From the human T2T-CHM13v2.0 reference genome, Homo sapiens, in the NCBI RefSeq assembly GCF_009914755.1, contig NC_060938.1: 64,000 bases of DNA; one strand, 5' to 3'. The notes below the pieces were generated by a model. The model searched no databases. It had not been told where the DNA came from and was given only the letters and a program-made list of their open reading frames with translations. The translations under genes and the position numbers were made by a program. Of the stretch, positions 12,150-25,892 are shown in pieces; within the stretch, counting starts at the first letter, position 1, and the number at the start of each line of letters is the position of its first letter.

Positions 12150-15100
12150 TCCAAAATGTCATTCTGATGCTATCATATATTTGATCTTGGTATTCTCTTC
12201 CAAAAAGGATGGGGAAGGCAGGGTGGGATATATTTCAGCAGCCACCTTGGATTTTTAGCTTTCCTTGCTCTGCCTCCAATGATTAGCTGTGAGGAGCCCT
12301 CAAAATATATTTTAAAGGACTTCGTGTGGCTCACAGGGGCTTCTAACCCAGATCACCTCCTGTCTCTCCTACCTTGAATGTTATGATCCAGGAATAAGTA
12401 ACTACTTACAGTTTTATGGGCACATTTTAAAATCCCATGCCCCTGTGACATTTCAGTTCAGAAACCACCTCTTCCTAGAAGTCTCTCCCATACCTCACAT
12501 CAACCACTCTGGAGAGCATAAATCATTTCCTGCTCTGTGGCTGCCTCTCTCTTCCCTGTGCTACACTCACTCAGCACAAGTCATCGTCGGCGTGTCAGTC
12601 TTCACCCACAAACTGTGAGGTCCTCCAAGTCAGGGACCTGAACCAAACCCGTCCCTGTATCCCCAGTGTCAAGAATAGAACTGGGGTCAATAAAATGTTT
12701 TCCGATTGGAATTGAGAAGTACTTGACGATCAAATGAATAGAGATTTAATGAACAGTATTTTGGGATGCACGCATAAGTAGTTAAAATGTACTTATTGAT
12801 AAACTATAAATTCATCTTTCTTCCATTTCTCAAAGGATAAAGTATGTGATGATGAAATGTTTATAAAATTTAATGACAATACAGCACATAATAAAGAAAT
12901 GCCTAATAAAGAGGGAATATTTCACATTTAAAAATATCATTTATTACTTTCCATAAACATACATCTGCTCAGATTGATTTTCTTACTTTTACTGAATACC
13001 CTGGCAGCAGTAATAGACTGAATTTTGGTGTAACATTCTCTCATCTTGGGGGAGCCAGGGCTGATGTTATGGGCTTTATAAACTCCCATAAACAAAGGAA
13101 GGTTAAGCCCTAATCAAGTATAAATGTATATGAATATGTGCAGCTATGTCTATGTATTTTTTAATTTGAATTGTAAATCTAATTATATTATTAATGTGGG
13201 TGAGAAAACCTAGACTTTTCCTTTGCAACCCAAAATATACAATCTTCATGTGATTCTGACATGAAAAACAGTATGTTGCTCAAAGAATTTCATGTAGCCA
13301 ACTTTATTTTATGAATGAAACAAATAAATATATTGTCAGACTGACAAGGTCTCATAAAGAAAATAAATCTCAACCTAATCAAAACCAAAAGAACTGCAGA
13401 TTGTGATAAATAAAATTAATGAATTAAAACTCATAGGCAACTGAAAGACAAGCAAATGCTCTGAAACCATGTAACTCACAAATCCTTGAGTACCAAAAAA
13501 GCCACTCAAGTCAACTGATAAAATATTAATGTGATTATGAGATCAAATGTGCATATCCAAAGTAATTCTGGAAAGAGTCCTTACATATTTTAAAACAGTT
13601 TTCCATTTTATTAAGTACTGTCTCCATCTACCCAGTTGTACGTGGCAGAGATCCAGAAGTCATCCTTACCACCCATGACCAAATATTCACCAAGTCTTGT
13701 TGATATTGGCCCTAATTATCTTGCTTGTTTGTTAACTTCTTTTCATGCCCTCATCTGGCCACCACTGTGTCTTTAGTGGATTCCTACAGCTGCTTCCCCT
13801 AGACCTTCTGCATGGGTCCCTCTAAGCCCCACCCTTGTGACTACATTGATCTCTCCAAAGCAAATCTGTCACTCTCTCTTGTAAGCCATCCAGTGGTTTC
13901 ACTTCACCCTTGGAGAAAAGTCCACATTTTTACATAGGATCAACCCCCTTGACTCCCAGTCCTGCATTCATTCCTCCATTCATTCATTCCCTAATAAGCT
14001 CCCCCAGTATGTATGCAATATTGTCTGTTTGCCAGAAACTATTAAAAAAGACTGAAGTAAAGCTCCTGCCCTTGATGATTATTTAGCCTCAGGAGAGGCC
14101 CAGACCTGCAGAAAATAAGTAGCTAATAATTTAATAAATGCTATAACTTTTGCTTTTGCATTTGTCCATGGCAGCGTGAGGAGATAGTAGTTTGGGAAGT
14201 GTTCTTTGCAGAAATGGACACAAGCAGACATTGTTTGGAGAGGAAAGTGATAGAGCTAAATAAAGAGGCAGGTTGGTGCTAGATTGAATAAGATACCTAT
14301 TACTGTGCTAGAGGTTTGGGTGTCTTCTTGTTGGGAAAAGTGATCCTACAGAAGTCTGTAATCAGGAGAACCATAATAATCAATTTACTTTTGAGCAACC
14401 CATTATCTCAAGGTCGTTTTGTCAGTCCCTTGCTAAAACCTCTTTGGTGAGACTGAAGTTTGTCTGTTTCACTAAAATTATTCAGTATTTAACTTCTGTT
14501 GACTTTTGAAGCTACTCGTCTCAAAATAGGAAGGGCTGAAATAGCCCAGGATAGTTACAAGAAAGCTGGGAGAAGGGAGGTCCCAAAGTCACCTTGTCAT
14601 TAGTTCTATACAAGGTGATCCTGAAGGTCCAGTATAAATCCAAGCACTAAATTAGACTTCAAAAGAGATTTTAGTGCCTGTTTTCCAGGGACCACGACTG
14701 CAGGCCTTGAATGACCTAACATGTCACAGGCTTGTGTCACTCCATTCTGGAGAGGGGACACTGTTGCAGTTTGATAACTGATCTAACAGCAAGTCAGACA
14801 TCCCTCTGTTGCCCTGGGTTCATTATACTCTATCACCTTAATAAACACCCTCATCCTCTGCTTATTCAGCCATAGCCTGGTTCTCTGACTTGAATTATTT
14901 GGGACAGCCAGGTCTCTCGTGAGTGACTTGTCGAGTTATATTACGGTACGTGACCTACTTTGTACAGGTCTCAGACTGCGGTACAAGCAGTGCACAAACC
15001 ACATCAGTGTCCTCGGAATGTCTCGGTAGAGACAGCATAGACTCAGAATCTCTGAAGAAATCTTCAGGGTCAGTCATGCTAACCTCTTCCTCTTCCGCAC

Positions 15101-15194
15101 CATCTATGAGCTTCACTCAGCTGCAGGGTCATTGAAGAGTGGCCAACTGGCCGACACCCATGCATCCTTGGTCATGGGCAACTTCCTACTTCCT

Positions 15195-15720
15195 CCATTT
15201 ATCCACTCAGCAAATATGTATTGATCCCTGGTTCTGAGCCAAACTCTGCCTTAGGCATTGGCGCTGTAACAGGGACAAGATAGACATTGTCCCTGCTGGC
15301 CCAAGCAACACTCTAGATAGTTAATCACAGGATTATGTAATCACAAACAGTAATTATGCTTTAAAGGGACAGTATGGAGAATAATGACAGCATGGACAGA
15401 CGGACTATACCTTGCCCTGAGGTGCAAGGAGTTGCTTTCTTTAACAAGAGACTCTAAAGCTCAGAGCTGGAGAATAAGTTGGATGTAAGCAATGAGCTGT
15501 AGAGGGAAGAATTTGCAGCAGAGGGTATATAACTGCAAATTCAGAGTAAACAAGAAAAATGTGAAGGCCGTAAGACCAGTGTGGTTGGATCAGCAAGTGA
15601 GGGAGTAGTGTGTACTGGGTCCTGCAGGGTCCTTCAAGGCCCTGTGGGCCACACTGTTCTTTGCACTGAGAACAATGTGACAAGTTTTAAGCAAAAGAAT
15701 GGTGTGATAAAAAGGACCTT
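15195..15720 (-). mobile_element. L2 LINE fragment; one of several L2/MIR relics (others near 7970, 12440, 13600, 13970, 16700, 26340, 36230, 43420)
   Basis: Reverse L2 3' end (catttatccactcagcaaatatgtattga...acaagatagacattgtccctgc). Confidence 0.65.
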
Positions 15721-18700
15721 CAACAAATATTTTAGCCAACTGAAAAGAAAATCATCAGGTCTAACTGTTAGAATATGCAATTTATGTTTTTCCTTACATT
15801 ACATGAAACACTGTGTTATCTGAGGTCAGTCGTTGCTACGTCTGAATTCCAACTAAGTCTCTTACTAGGTGAATAATCCGAGGCAAGTTTTTCTGTAATT
15901 TTAGAGTTTCATTTCTTTCTTACACATCCGTGTACCAAGTTACGTTTATCTGACTGAGCCAGGAATCATTCAGGGTGGATCAGAACTTGCACAGCTGGTG
16001 TTTTCCAAAGCTCCCCTGGGAAAGTGTGATTTGATTCAACCACAAACAATTCCCAGACATCTACTCTGCACCAAGCCCTGCGGACTGGAAAATAAATAAC
16101 ACATCATCTTGCCCCTAGGGACCTCACAGACAGAGGTCATAATGGGAGACTAGTGGGCCAGATCTATCCAACAGAGGTGTTCTGTTTGGGTGGCTCAGTG
16201 TTTCAGAAAAACAAAACAAAGAATTGGAATTCCTTCATCAGGCGTGTGCAGTCTAGATGCTCACAGGCCCCACCATGCCCTTATGTTGTAGCCCTTCCCA
16301 GATTGATGGCGCATGCATATCACTGGCCTGGCCCAGGGAGGTTTTTGAGTCTGTGACCCTGAGCTAGTGAGTATTTTTATAGAAGGAAGCACAGATTGTT
16401 GCACAAACAGAACAGAAAGGGAGAATGGTGCAGTGAAAGAGCACACTAGGAACATATCAAAAAGTGTTTGGATCTGCAAATGCACAACTGCTGGGAATTC
16501 AGCGAGTGTCATAGCAGGAAGACACCCAAGCTTGGACTAGGTTTATTGAGGAGCACTGAAGAGGAAGCAGACACTCCTGGTTGTTCTACAGTTCAGGCCA
16601 GGAAACGAAACTTGTATATGTAAAAAAGAGCTAGAGAGTAAGTCAAGGACAAATTATAAAGATGCCCAACTTCAACTTGCAAATACATTTACACTTGATT
16701 TTCACCCACCTAGCACAACTTTGTTTCTGCCTTGCTTTTCTAATTCTTTAGGTCTTGGCTTAGTTGTCATTTCATCTGGGTAACCCTCCAAGACTACTGA
16801 GATAGGGTTAAGGGCCTGGTTCTGTACTCTCCAGGCACATCAGACTTGGCTCATTTTATGCATTTTGCATTGCCTGTTTACATCTCTGTCTTCCTCAACA
16901 GCCAGAGCTCATTGAGAACAGGGACAACGTTGTTTCTGTTGCTATTGTAACCTTACAGTTTATCAAGGTGAGGATCACTATTATTTGTGCATAATAGATC
17001 AGTGATAACATTGAGTGAAAGAATGGATGAATGCTGCCTGCAATGTTTGTTATGATATAGGGCTAGCATTTTCTAGAATAAAAGCTAAAAATAACTCTAA
17101 CCAGATAATCTTGAATGGGTTTAACATGGCACTAATTTGCTTGCTCAACAAATTATTTACTGCTCAAGGGTTGCAGTTTGTCGCTATACCATTGGAATAT
17201 AAAAGTTCATGCAAGCCACACCAATGGGACGCTGGGGAGGTGGAAAAGGCAAATGAGGGGGGAAATACGGCAAGATTTCCCATGGAAAGAGACCAAACAG
17301 CTGAGACTGTTAATACTAACCAAAAACATATATTGATGACCTTTTTGAAGAGAAATTTGACAAATTTCATAATACATTGTGAGGTAGTAAACTATTTCTA
17401 CAAGTAATTTCTTTGCAAGACAAGTACCCTGCAGGACTATAATCCTGCAATGTTTCTGCAAAAGGGGAATTTTAGAAAAAGTAGGCAGACAAACCACTTT
17501 AGGTGCTTGTTAAAAATGCAGATTTGTGGGTTCCGCCCATAGGATTTCTTACTCAGATTACCTGAGGCAAGCCAGAACCTGCATCCAGGTGGTCACTGGA
17601 GTACACCTCTGGAAACAGCCTTAAAGACTATGAAGTCAAGTGTCCTCTCTGCACACAGATGGGAACTGAGGCTTGGGAACTTTGTGTAACTTGCCTGAGT
17701 TCATATGGCTAATTAGCAGCACATTGCTGGCTCCAACCTAGGATTTCCAGCTCAAAGCCACGTTCTCCTGTAACAGCACAGTTTGCTCTGTGATCTGGTT
17801 CTCGTTTCTCTGTGAAGCAGATGGAGGAGATGTTACTTAGGAGAAATGAACAAATATGTATTTAACAAATCACCACATGGAAGAAATGTATCCACCTTTC
17901 ATGATCCCAAAAGAAAATGCGCTAGAGGATGTATCTTACAATGCTGCTATTCATTCATTCCTACCTTCAACAAAAAACATGGTCACCTCTTCTCTTGGGG
18001 TACCCGGAGGTACAGAGGGAGTTAAGAGTAATTTAGCGTGCGAGGCTGAGAAGTAAGGAGGCAGCACGAAATCCAAACATGAAGAATACTCAAAAGCACA
18101 GTCTTCCATGAGACAAAAAAGTGGAAGCTACTTTATCAGCTTATATTCTCAGTGATGGGGACATAGTACATGCAGGTCTGAGAGATCAGGGAACACTTAA
18201 GATTTAGAATAAGAGAGCCCTGGGGCCATTTAGTTCCAAAAGCAAAATACGGTCTATTAAATTACAAGCCCCTAGGATCTGTGAATTGGGCATAATGTAC
18301 ATTCTGTCCCAATAAAACCCACCCTGAAAAAGGGTTGGGAGGAGTCAGCCCAGACACCAACCACTGTTGTTGGTATTGGAGTTAGTAGGTCATTTGAGAT
18401 GGAAAATGAAGGTGTCAGAGTTGCCCCATAGGTCTGTGTATTCCCCGCCCCTTAATGCCAGAAGCCATCATTAAGTTTCACTTGTTTGTTTTCTGTACTT
18501 TTAAGTCAAGCCTTTTTATGTGCTGTACTTCATACTGAGGATTTTATTTACATTATCCATTTAATCCTCAGGATTATTCTCCTAAAGTTTGTTTCTGCTG
18601 TTTTGCATTTTACAGACAAGAAAACTAAGCTAGAGAAGGAAGGTGGCTCACCTAACATCATACGGCCAGTAAATATCAGAATCAGAATTCCGGCCCAGCC

Positions 18701-19362
18701 CTGGTAGCTTACACACTGTTCAATATTTGTGCCTATTTTCTTGACCTTTATTACCCTGATCCCAGACAGAGAGATGTGGGGTATGAAGGACTCAACAACT
18801 CTTCTCATATGATTGCAAATATAGGAGAAGAGACCCACCACACAAGCCTAGAACATGAAATGCCACCTTGTAGATGGTGAATGCCTGGACCTCAAGCAAG
18901 AATAAACTCTGTGTGTGTGTGTGAGTGTGTGTGTGTACATGCAAACATATATGTGTATATATTAAATATTCATATCTGACTTGTGAAATATGAAATATAT
19001 ATTTAAAAAATCTAACAAGGAATACACATTTCATAAGTTATATTTTTTAGAGAGAAGGTATTATTTCTTTTGCTTGTATTATACTTCCAGAATGTAGCAC
19101 AATGTAAACAAACAGTATTTCCTGATTGTAGTAAATATAGTGTAGTAACTAAAGTACAATATAATATAGCATAGTGTATGTCTGTGTATAAATATCACCT
19201 TAAAATATGACATTAAAATGTTACAAAACATTTCTTTTCTGGCTGACAAATGCTGAACATAATAATAATGAATGTAGATAGAATGACTTGAGTACCTGCG
19301 ATAAGCACCACAGTGAAAGCTTTCAATACGTGTTCTCATACAATCCTCACAACCCGCCACAC

Positions 19363-19792
19363 TGTTGCTGACACAACCCCTTTCATTTGTCTCCTGACAC
19401 TCAGCTAAAAAATTTCCCAGATTCCTCTGCAGAAAGGTTGGTCCCTGAGATTAATTTCTGGCCACTGGAACATGGCTGAAAGTGACACACGCCACTCCCA
19501 GTCTTGTCCTCTAAAACGAGTCTTCTGTTTGTCCATGCCCTCCTGTTTTGCATATCGGCTGGCTGGAGGAGAGGACCCAGTGGGGGACTCAGGCTGTACC
19601 ACAAGGCAGAACTCAGGAAAGGATGGAGCTTGGATAACGAAACAGCTCTGTGAAGCAGAATGTTCTGTCCCACCTCCTGCTGTGCTCACCCCCATTGGAT
19701 TATGACATGAGCAAGAAGTAAAGCTTGTATTAAGCCGCTGACATTTGAAGGTTGTTTGTTACCGTAGCTAGTATTACTTCCCTGGATAACAC
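19363..19792 (+). mobile_element. MaLR solo LTR (MLT1, old subfamily) nested in a MIR
   Basis: MLT1 3' end (aagccgctgacatttgaaggttgtttgttaccgtagc...aacaca). MIR halves flank it (aatcctcacaacc on the left; cctcattttgccaataaggaaactga on the right). Confidence 0.7.
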
Positions 19793-20689
19793 AGTATTAT
19801 TAGCCTCATTTTGCCAATAAGGAAACTGATTTGTTCAAGACCTCGCAGCTAGTAATTGCAGAAGCCAGGCCTGACAGGCTGCACCCCCATGCTCCCTGCC
19901 ACACAGCAAGTTGCCCCACCACACCCTTGTGCTCCCTACATGTTTCAGATGAAATGACTGAGTAGCACCAAGAAGATGAACCTTGCCATCCCATCTGGGA
20001 ACCCTGAAGATTCTCAGTGGCACAAAGGGAAGGAACTGAGGTGAGTGTTGCTGGATTTCTCCTTGGCCAATGATTTTCTTGAACTATTCCAGAAACTCCT
20101 TTCCCTCGCCCCTGGGCCAGCAGTGGATGGGGGAGGCTCCGCTGGATGCCAGCCGCAAAGCATTCCAGTGGCCTTGGACATGGCTCAGGGAAAGTCGGAC
20201 GCCTGGCAGGGAGATGTCACTGGGAACCACACAGACCAATTTCTTGGAAGGACATGCTATATTGAGAGTCCAAGGACAGGAATGGTTATGTGTTTATGCA
20301 GTCTGGCCCATAAGTACTATCACACGTTTACATATGAACTCATGTGTGGATGTGTGTGTACATAATATGTCCATATCAGTTTGTACGTAAAGCATTGCTG
20401 TATTGTGTGTGCGTGCACACATATATATAGAGTACATCCCTTCTACTTAATATATACACATGCAAAGATATAAACTAATGTATATCCGCATACTTTTATA
20501 TATTTGTGTGTATGTCTGTAAGCATATTCGAAGTATCAAAAACTCCTCAAAGCAAATGGAAACACATTTTGTTCCTCTCACAGTTTCTAGAACCACCAAA
20601 TATCCACATGAAAGTAGAGATCAGGGACTTCAAATAAACACCAATGTGCTGTAAAAGCAGTTGCTGGTGTGAGAACGGTTTAAAAACCC

Positions 20690-21040
20690 AGTGACTCAAC
20701 AGTACATGCTGATTCCCCCTTAATTTGGGCGAGAACTGGGCAGGAGGATGCGTGTGGCTGCCAGGAACTGCAGTCCATCCCTGGCCAGCGCCCCTGTGAC
20801 CACCCAAGTCTACTCTCCGCACAACTGATAGATATGTTTTGACAAGTTCTATTAAGTACAAAGACGGCCACTGGGGCAACATGTGGAGTTGATAGAGCGA
20901 GAGGCAGAGAGGCAGAGCGCAGTGTGAGGCCTGCTCATGTTGACAGAATTTGCCGTAACGAAATGAGTCCGTGCTCCGTGTCATCTATTACCGAATTTCA
21001 GTAAGGTCTCTGGCACCCACGACGCCCAGGAGGGTAAGCC
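20690..21040 (+). promoter_or_regulatory. Putative regulatory element or alternative first exon
   Basis: Non-repeat segment with locally retained CpGs, an AP-1 site TGACTCA at 20692-20698, a GA-rich leader-like stretch and two donor-like sites (TCA|gtaagg at 21000/21001; AGG|gtaagc at about 21033/21034). Confidence 0.35.
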
Positions 21041-21701
21041 TCTCCTTGGTTTCCTATTTCTGTCTCCTGATTGCCAGCACATCTAGGATTTTTTGAAACT
21101 CTAATTGGTTGTCTTGATTTACGCAGAGTTCCCAGCGATGCCAACGGAAGAAGGCCTGTAGTTGCTGAAGCCAGAGTCACCAGTGTGGATCTCCACTTCT
21201 TCCCACCTCCTCAAGCCCCTCCCATACCTGTGTTTAGAAACTTCACAGGAAGCAGAGTTGGCAAGCATACCTGAGCTGATTGCTCTCGCCTCTCTCACCA
21301 TCTTGAGTACATCATCGTCACCCTCCAGAGCCCTCCTAAACAAGGTTTGGCAACAGCAAAAACAAACACTATTTTACAACATCTTTGGATGCACTTCCAA
21401 AACGCAAAAGCAATTAATCAGTCGTCTCCCTGAGACTCTCCTCAAGGTGGCTGCTGCCTTTGACATGGAGCTTGGCTTTGATGGGAGCCGAAGAAGCAAG
21501 TGAAGACAGCCCAAAAAGTGGTAATGGGCTTCAATTATTTATTTGTTTAGAAGACTGGGGAGTAGAACTTGAGCTGTAAGCACATGGATAATCCATCTAA
21601 GATGCTCCCAACAGTGAGGTCTTTAACTCCCTGCCAGAGCATTCTGCTTGGAACGGAATGGGTATTTTCACCAAGTCTGGCATGGATCCAAAGGTTTCCT
21701 C

Positions 21702-21725
21702 TGTGTGTGTGCATGTGTGTGTGAG

Positions 21726-21756
<31 letters not shown>
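21702..21756 (+). repeat. (TG)n microsatellite
   Basis: Read directly from the sequence. Confidence 0.95.
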
Positions 21757-22723
21757 ACATATTTAAGAAAGCTATATTTGTGATATCTGAATATCTTTGA
21801 GCCTTGTAGAAAGACTGCTGTTTCTAATTACTAGACATCCAAGCTGTATTGCTAGTTTCTAATGGATAAGATTTCTGTGTGCTCGATTTTTGTGTAATTT
21901 TATGGAAAAATCATGACTGTACATTCTCTGAGAGATTCTTTCATTTAGCAATGTATTCTCAAGACATGGTGTAATCATCTTAATAATTGATTGTGGGAAA
22001 GTAAGTCACTTATAGCCCAAGTTACTCTCAGTCTTGAACTTTGTCCTTGGTAGTTTATTATACACATGGAAATATCTTGATGGATCCCTCATCCCAGGAA
22101 ATTTACAACAGCAGACACCATGACCTTTATATTCTGTGGGCAGACAATAGGAGAAGTGGTTGGGCACATTTGCTCTTCTGAAAATACTGATGTGTGAAGG
22201 AAAATGTTACCATCCAACTGCACACAGAATTTTCTAAGAAACAAACTTTGTTCAGATAAAATAATGAGATACTTTTTTGACCCAAGTTTACATAGATCTC
22301 AGTCATTGTAGTTCTTTTCTCCTAAGCCCTTTTTATATGCTTATAAATCTTGAGATGATGTTCAAAATGCATCTCTTCCACAAAGTCTTACCTCATTTAT
22401 TTTGCTGGATGTGGTCGCTTCCTGGCCTGAATCCACATCACACCTGATTTGTGGCCATCTTCTCTTGAAACGCTTTTGGTTGTTTTCATTGCTTATCACT
22501 AGTTCTGAACTATAAATATCTTGAGAGAAGGGTCTAGGATTGCTGGTTTTATTGGTATAAAACTGTACTTTAGTCCATAAGTATTGTTTAACAAATATAC
22601 ATTGGATAGATGGATAGATGAATAGATGGATGGATAAATGAAAACTTTCATCCTCTCCCACCCTGTATATATACCAGTATCCCAGAGTGGTCATCTTATG
22701 TGATGTAAGTATTGGTATCTCTC

Positions 22724-23130
22724 TGTATTGGATTGAACAGTGCCTCTCCAAAATTTAGGTCTATCTGGAACCTCACAATGTGGCCTTATTTGGAAACAGG
22801 GTCTTTGCAGTTATAATCAATTAAGTTAAAATGAGGTTATACTGAATTACAGTGAAGAGACACACAAAGGGAGACGCCATGTGAAGATGGAGGCAGAGAA
22901 TGAAGCCAAGGAACACCAAAGTTTACCAGCAACCACAAAAAAAGTGAGGAAGAGGCAAACAAAACAAAACAAAAAACTATCCTCTATCACAGTCTTCAGG
23001 GAGAATATGGCCCTGCCAACACCTTGTATTCTGACTTTGGGCTTCCAAAACTGGGAAAGAATAAATTTCTGATGCTTTAAGACACCAACTTTCTGGCACT
23101 GTGTCATTACAGCCCTAGGAAACTAATGCA
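22724..23130 (+). mobile_element. MaLR solo LTR (MLT1B/C-like)
   Basis: TG...CA termini, MLT1 motifs (ccttatttggaaacagggtctttgcag; cagccctaggaaactaatgca) and a 5-bp TSD CTCTC at 22719-22723 and 23131-23135. Confidence 0.88.
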
Positions 23131-25478
23131 CTCTCCAAGAACCCACCTTGCAAAGAAGGGACTAACCACATCTAGCGAGGCTTTAACCAAGAACCCAAAA
23201 TAGGAGTGTTCCCTCTAGCAGGGGAGCCTAAATGCTGTATGAAGCCCAGAGAGTCCTGGAGCTTTACAGTGAGGCAACGAAGAACTGATTTGTCAAAAGC
23301 AGGGGAAATGGTAGCAAACATAATCAAAAATGGGGAGAAGACAGGCCTGGGGCCCAGGTTCAGGTCCCAAGCCACAAGATGCGGGCCACAGTGATGGGCT
23401 GAGGTCATGCTGGCCGGGTTCCACAGGCAGGGGATGAGCAGGGAGCTCCAGGAGTGCCTTGGACAGCAGAGATTTCTGACTTGTTTGTAATTATTGGCTG
23501 AGCATGAGACACGGGTGGAGTAGCCTTGGTTAGTGGACCAACGACGAAGCAGAGAGAATCCTAAAATTGCCTAAAACTCAAATTCCATTTGGGCATTTTC
23601 CTTTCCAAGTATTTGGCCATCTCTTGCTTTTTCCCCTGTCATACTTACTTTCAAGTAAAACCTCAATCAAGGCTACAATTTAAGCTCTTCCAAATAATCC
23701 GTAAGTGGTGCACAATTTGGGAGAATGCCATCACAGATTCGCATTTCTTCAATTGGTGAGTTCTGGGCAACGTGAATAAGACATTAAAGCACAGTGACCA
23801 CAAAACCTCACCAATTCAGACTCATTATCTGAAGGACCTTCCCACTGAATGGTGAGAAATTGGATCTAGAAAATATCTTTAAAGAAATCCAATTTTATCT
23901 CCTTCAAGGACACACACTAGCCAGAAGTAGGCCAGCCTACGGTTAAGTAGCAGCCTTCAGAGGATGAGGCTTAATGAACAGATAAGAATGGCTTGTAATT
24001 AGTCCGTCATTTGTTTGGATGGCAAAGGATGCTTGGGAAGTGCTTGAGGATGCTTGAAAACAGTGTGTGCTCTTAGGTAGTTTAAATATTTTCCCTGAAA
24101 TTTGGTTCTACAACTAATTTGTTTAGTACAGCCATTGCTTCCACCAGGCCTCTAGTCTACTTATTCCAATGTTGCCATGAGAAATGTACACAGCAGTGAG
24201 GTCTCTCCTGGCTTATAAATCAGTGTGAACAGACACAGGAGTGCATGTCCAGGGAGGACTTCATCTCCCTCAGCCATAGAGGTTGAGGGATGGACTATTG
24301 GTCTTTGATGGACACAGTGCCTCTCAGTGAACTGAGCATCACGTGGGAAATGTTGGACTACGTCAATCACAAACAATATTTATTTACTTTTCATGATCCA
24401 AAAATCAACCTTGCCTCCAAAGGTGAACATACCATCTGCTTTTATACTGTGAAAAATGATGGCTGAACTCGGAGTTAGAGGACCTGATCTTGAGTCTGAA
24501 TCCCATTATCAGCTGTGTGTTTCTGGAAATAACATGTAACTCCTCTCTCCGTTTTCTCTGCGAAGATTTAATAAGATGATATATATGTTCTTTTTAAACC
24601 ATACATCATATGCAAATATGAGGAAGTATTATCATCCAATCATTAACAACAAATCTGCTGGATATGGAGTTTCAATGACTTGAAATTTAAAGAATCATGT
24701 TTAAAGTTCGAAAGTTTGAAAAGCAGCATTTATTTCCTGGGTCAAACACATCTGGTCTGAATCCCAGTTTTATTTCTTGCTGAGGGTGGTTTTGTCATGG
24801 TCCTAAAAACCTTCACTCCTTAATTACATGAATGTCAAGTGGAGTTGGAAAAATAAATGCTTAAAAGAGGTGGAAAGTGCTTTACACCATGCTTGGCACA
24901 TAATGCATGCTTAATAAATGCCATCCCAAGATATTATGGCCCAAATAGATTCTTACAACCCGCAAGGGGACTGGCCTGCAGACATTCACCCCAGCAGCAT
25001 GTGTACTGGGAAAACACTGCAGGCAGCATGGGGCCATCACAGGCAAAGCAGACCGTCAAGAGGGGCTGTATAGACTGTAGAGGACCATGAAGCACTTAAA
25101 ACCAACAGGTTGGACGTACACATGGGAGGACACCTTAAAACATGAGTGAAAAAAAATAGAAAATGTTTTAAAATGCAACATTTATGCAAATTAAAATACA
25201 CGCACAGAAAGCAAAATTCATTTTACAAGAATTCGTTGAATACACTGAAGATGGATGGGGATTCTGAGAATGGAGTATGGGGATGAAATAGATGAATGAA
25301 TGAATGAATGAATGACAGGTAGCAGTAATGCACCATGAACATACTATAGGGTATGATTACCTTAGCCTCCCACTCTCGAAGTGCAATTGAAAAATAAAAT
25401 GCAATACAGTAATGGCATAATATTCTTATAGTAGCTGGTGAGTCCACCTTAACAGGAATATTTTTAAATGTCACCTGC

Positions 25479-25892
25479 TATATTAATTTTCAGAAGTTCC
25501 TGTAACTAATGACCACAAAGGGGTGGCTTAAAGCAACAGAAATTTATACACGCAAAGTGTTGAGGCCAGGAATCAGAACTCCACATGTCGGCTGGGCTGT
25601 GCTCACTTCTCTGTGGAGGCTCTAGGAAAGAAGGAATTCTTTGCTTCTCCCAGCTTCTGACCTGTGGCCTCATCCCTCTGATCTCCACCTCCGAGTTCAG
25701 GCTGCTTGCTCGTCTTCCGCATCTAACCTCCTGCTTTTCTCTCTGATAAGGACACCTGTCATTAAGTTAAGGGGCCACCCAGATAATCGAGGGTAATCTC
25801 CTCATCTCAGAATCTTTAACTTAATCACTTCTGCAAAGATCTACTTTTCCAAATAAGATAGCAATCAAGGTTCTGGGAATTCAGCCACTACA
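25479..25892 (-). mobile_element. MaLR solo LTR (MLT1C-like)
   Basis: Reverse MLT1 (ggtggcttaaagcaacagaaatttat...taacttaatcacttctgcaaaga...ttcagccactaca). Confidence 0.82.

Noticed and set aside
20785-20803. CTCF-like cagcgcccctgtgacca
   Set aside because: The core spacing does not fit the CTCF consensus.
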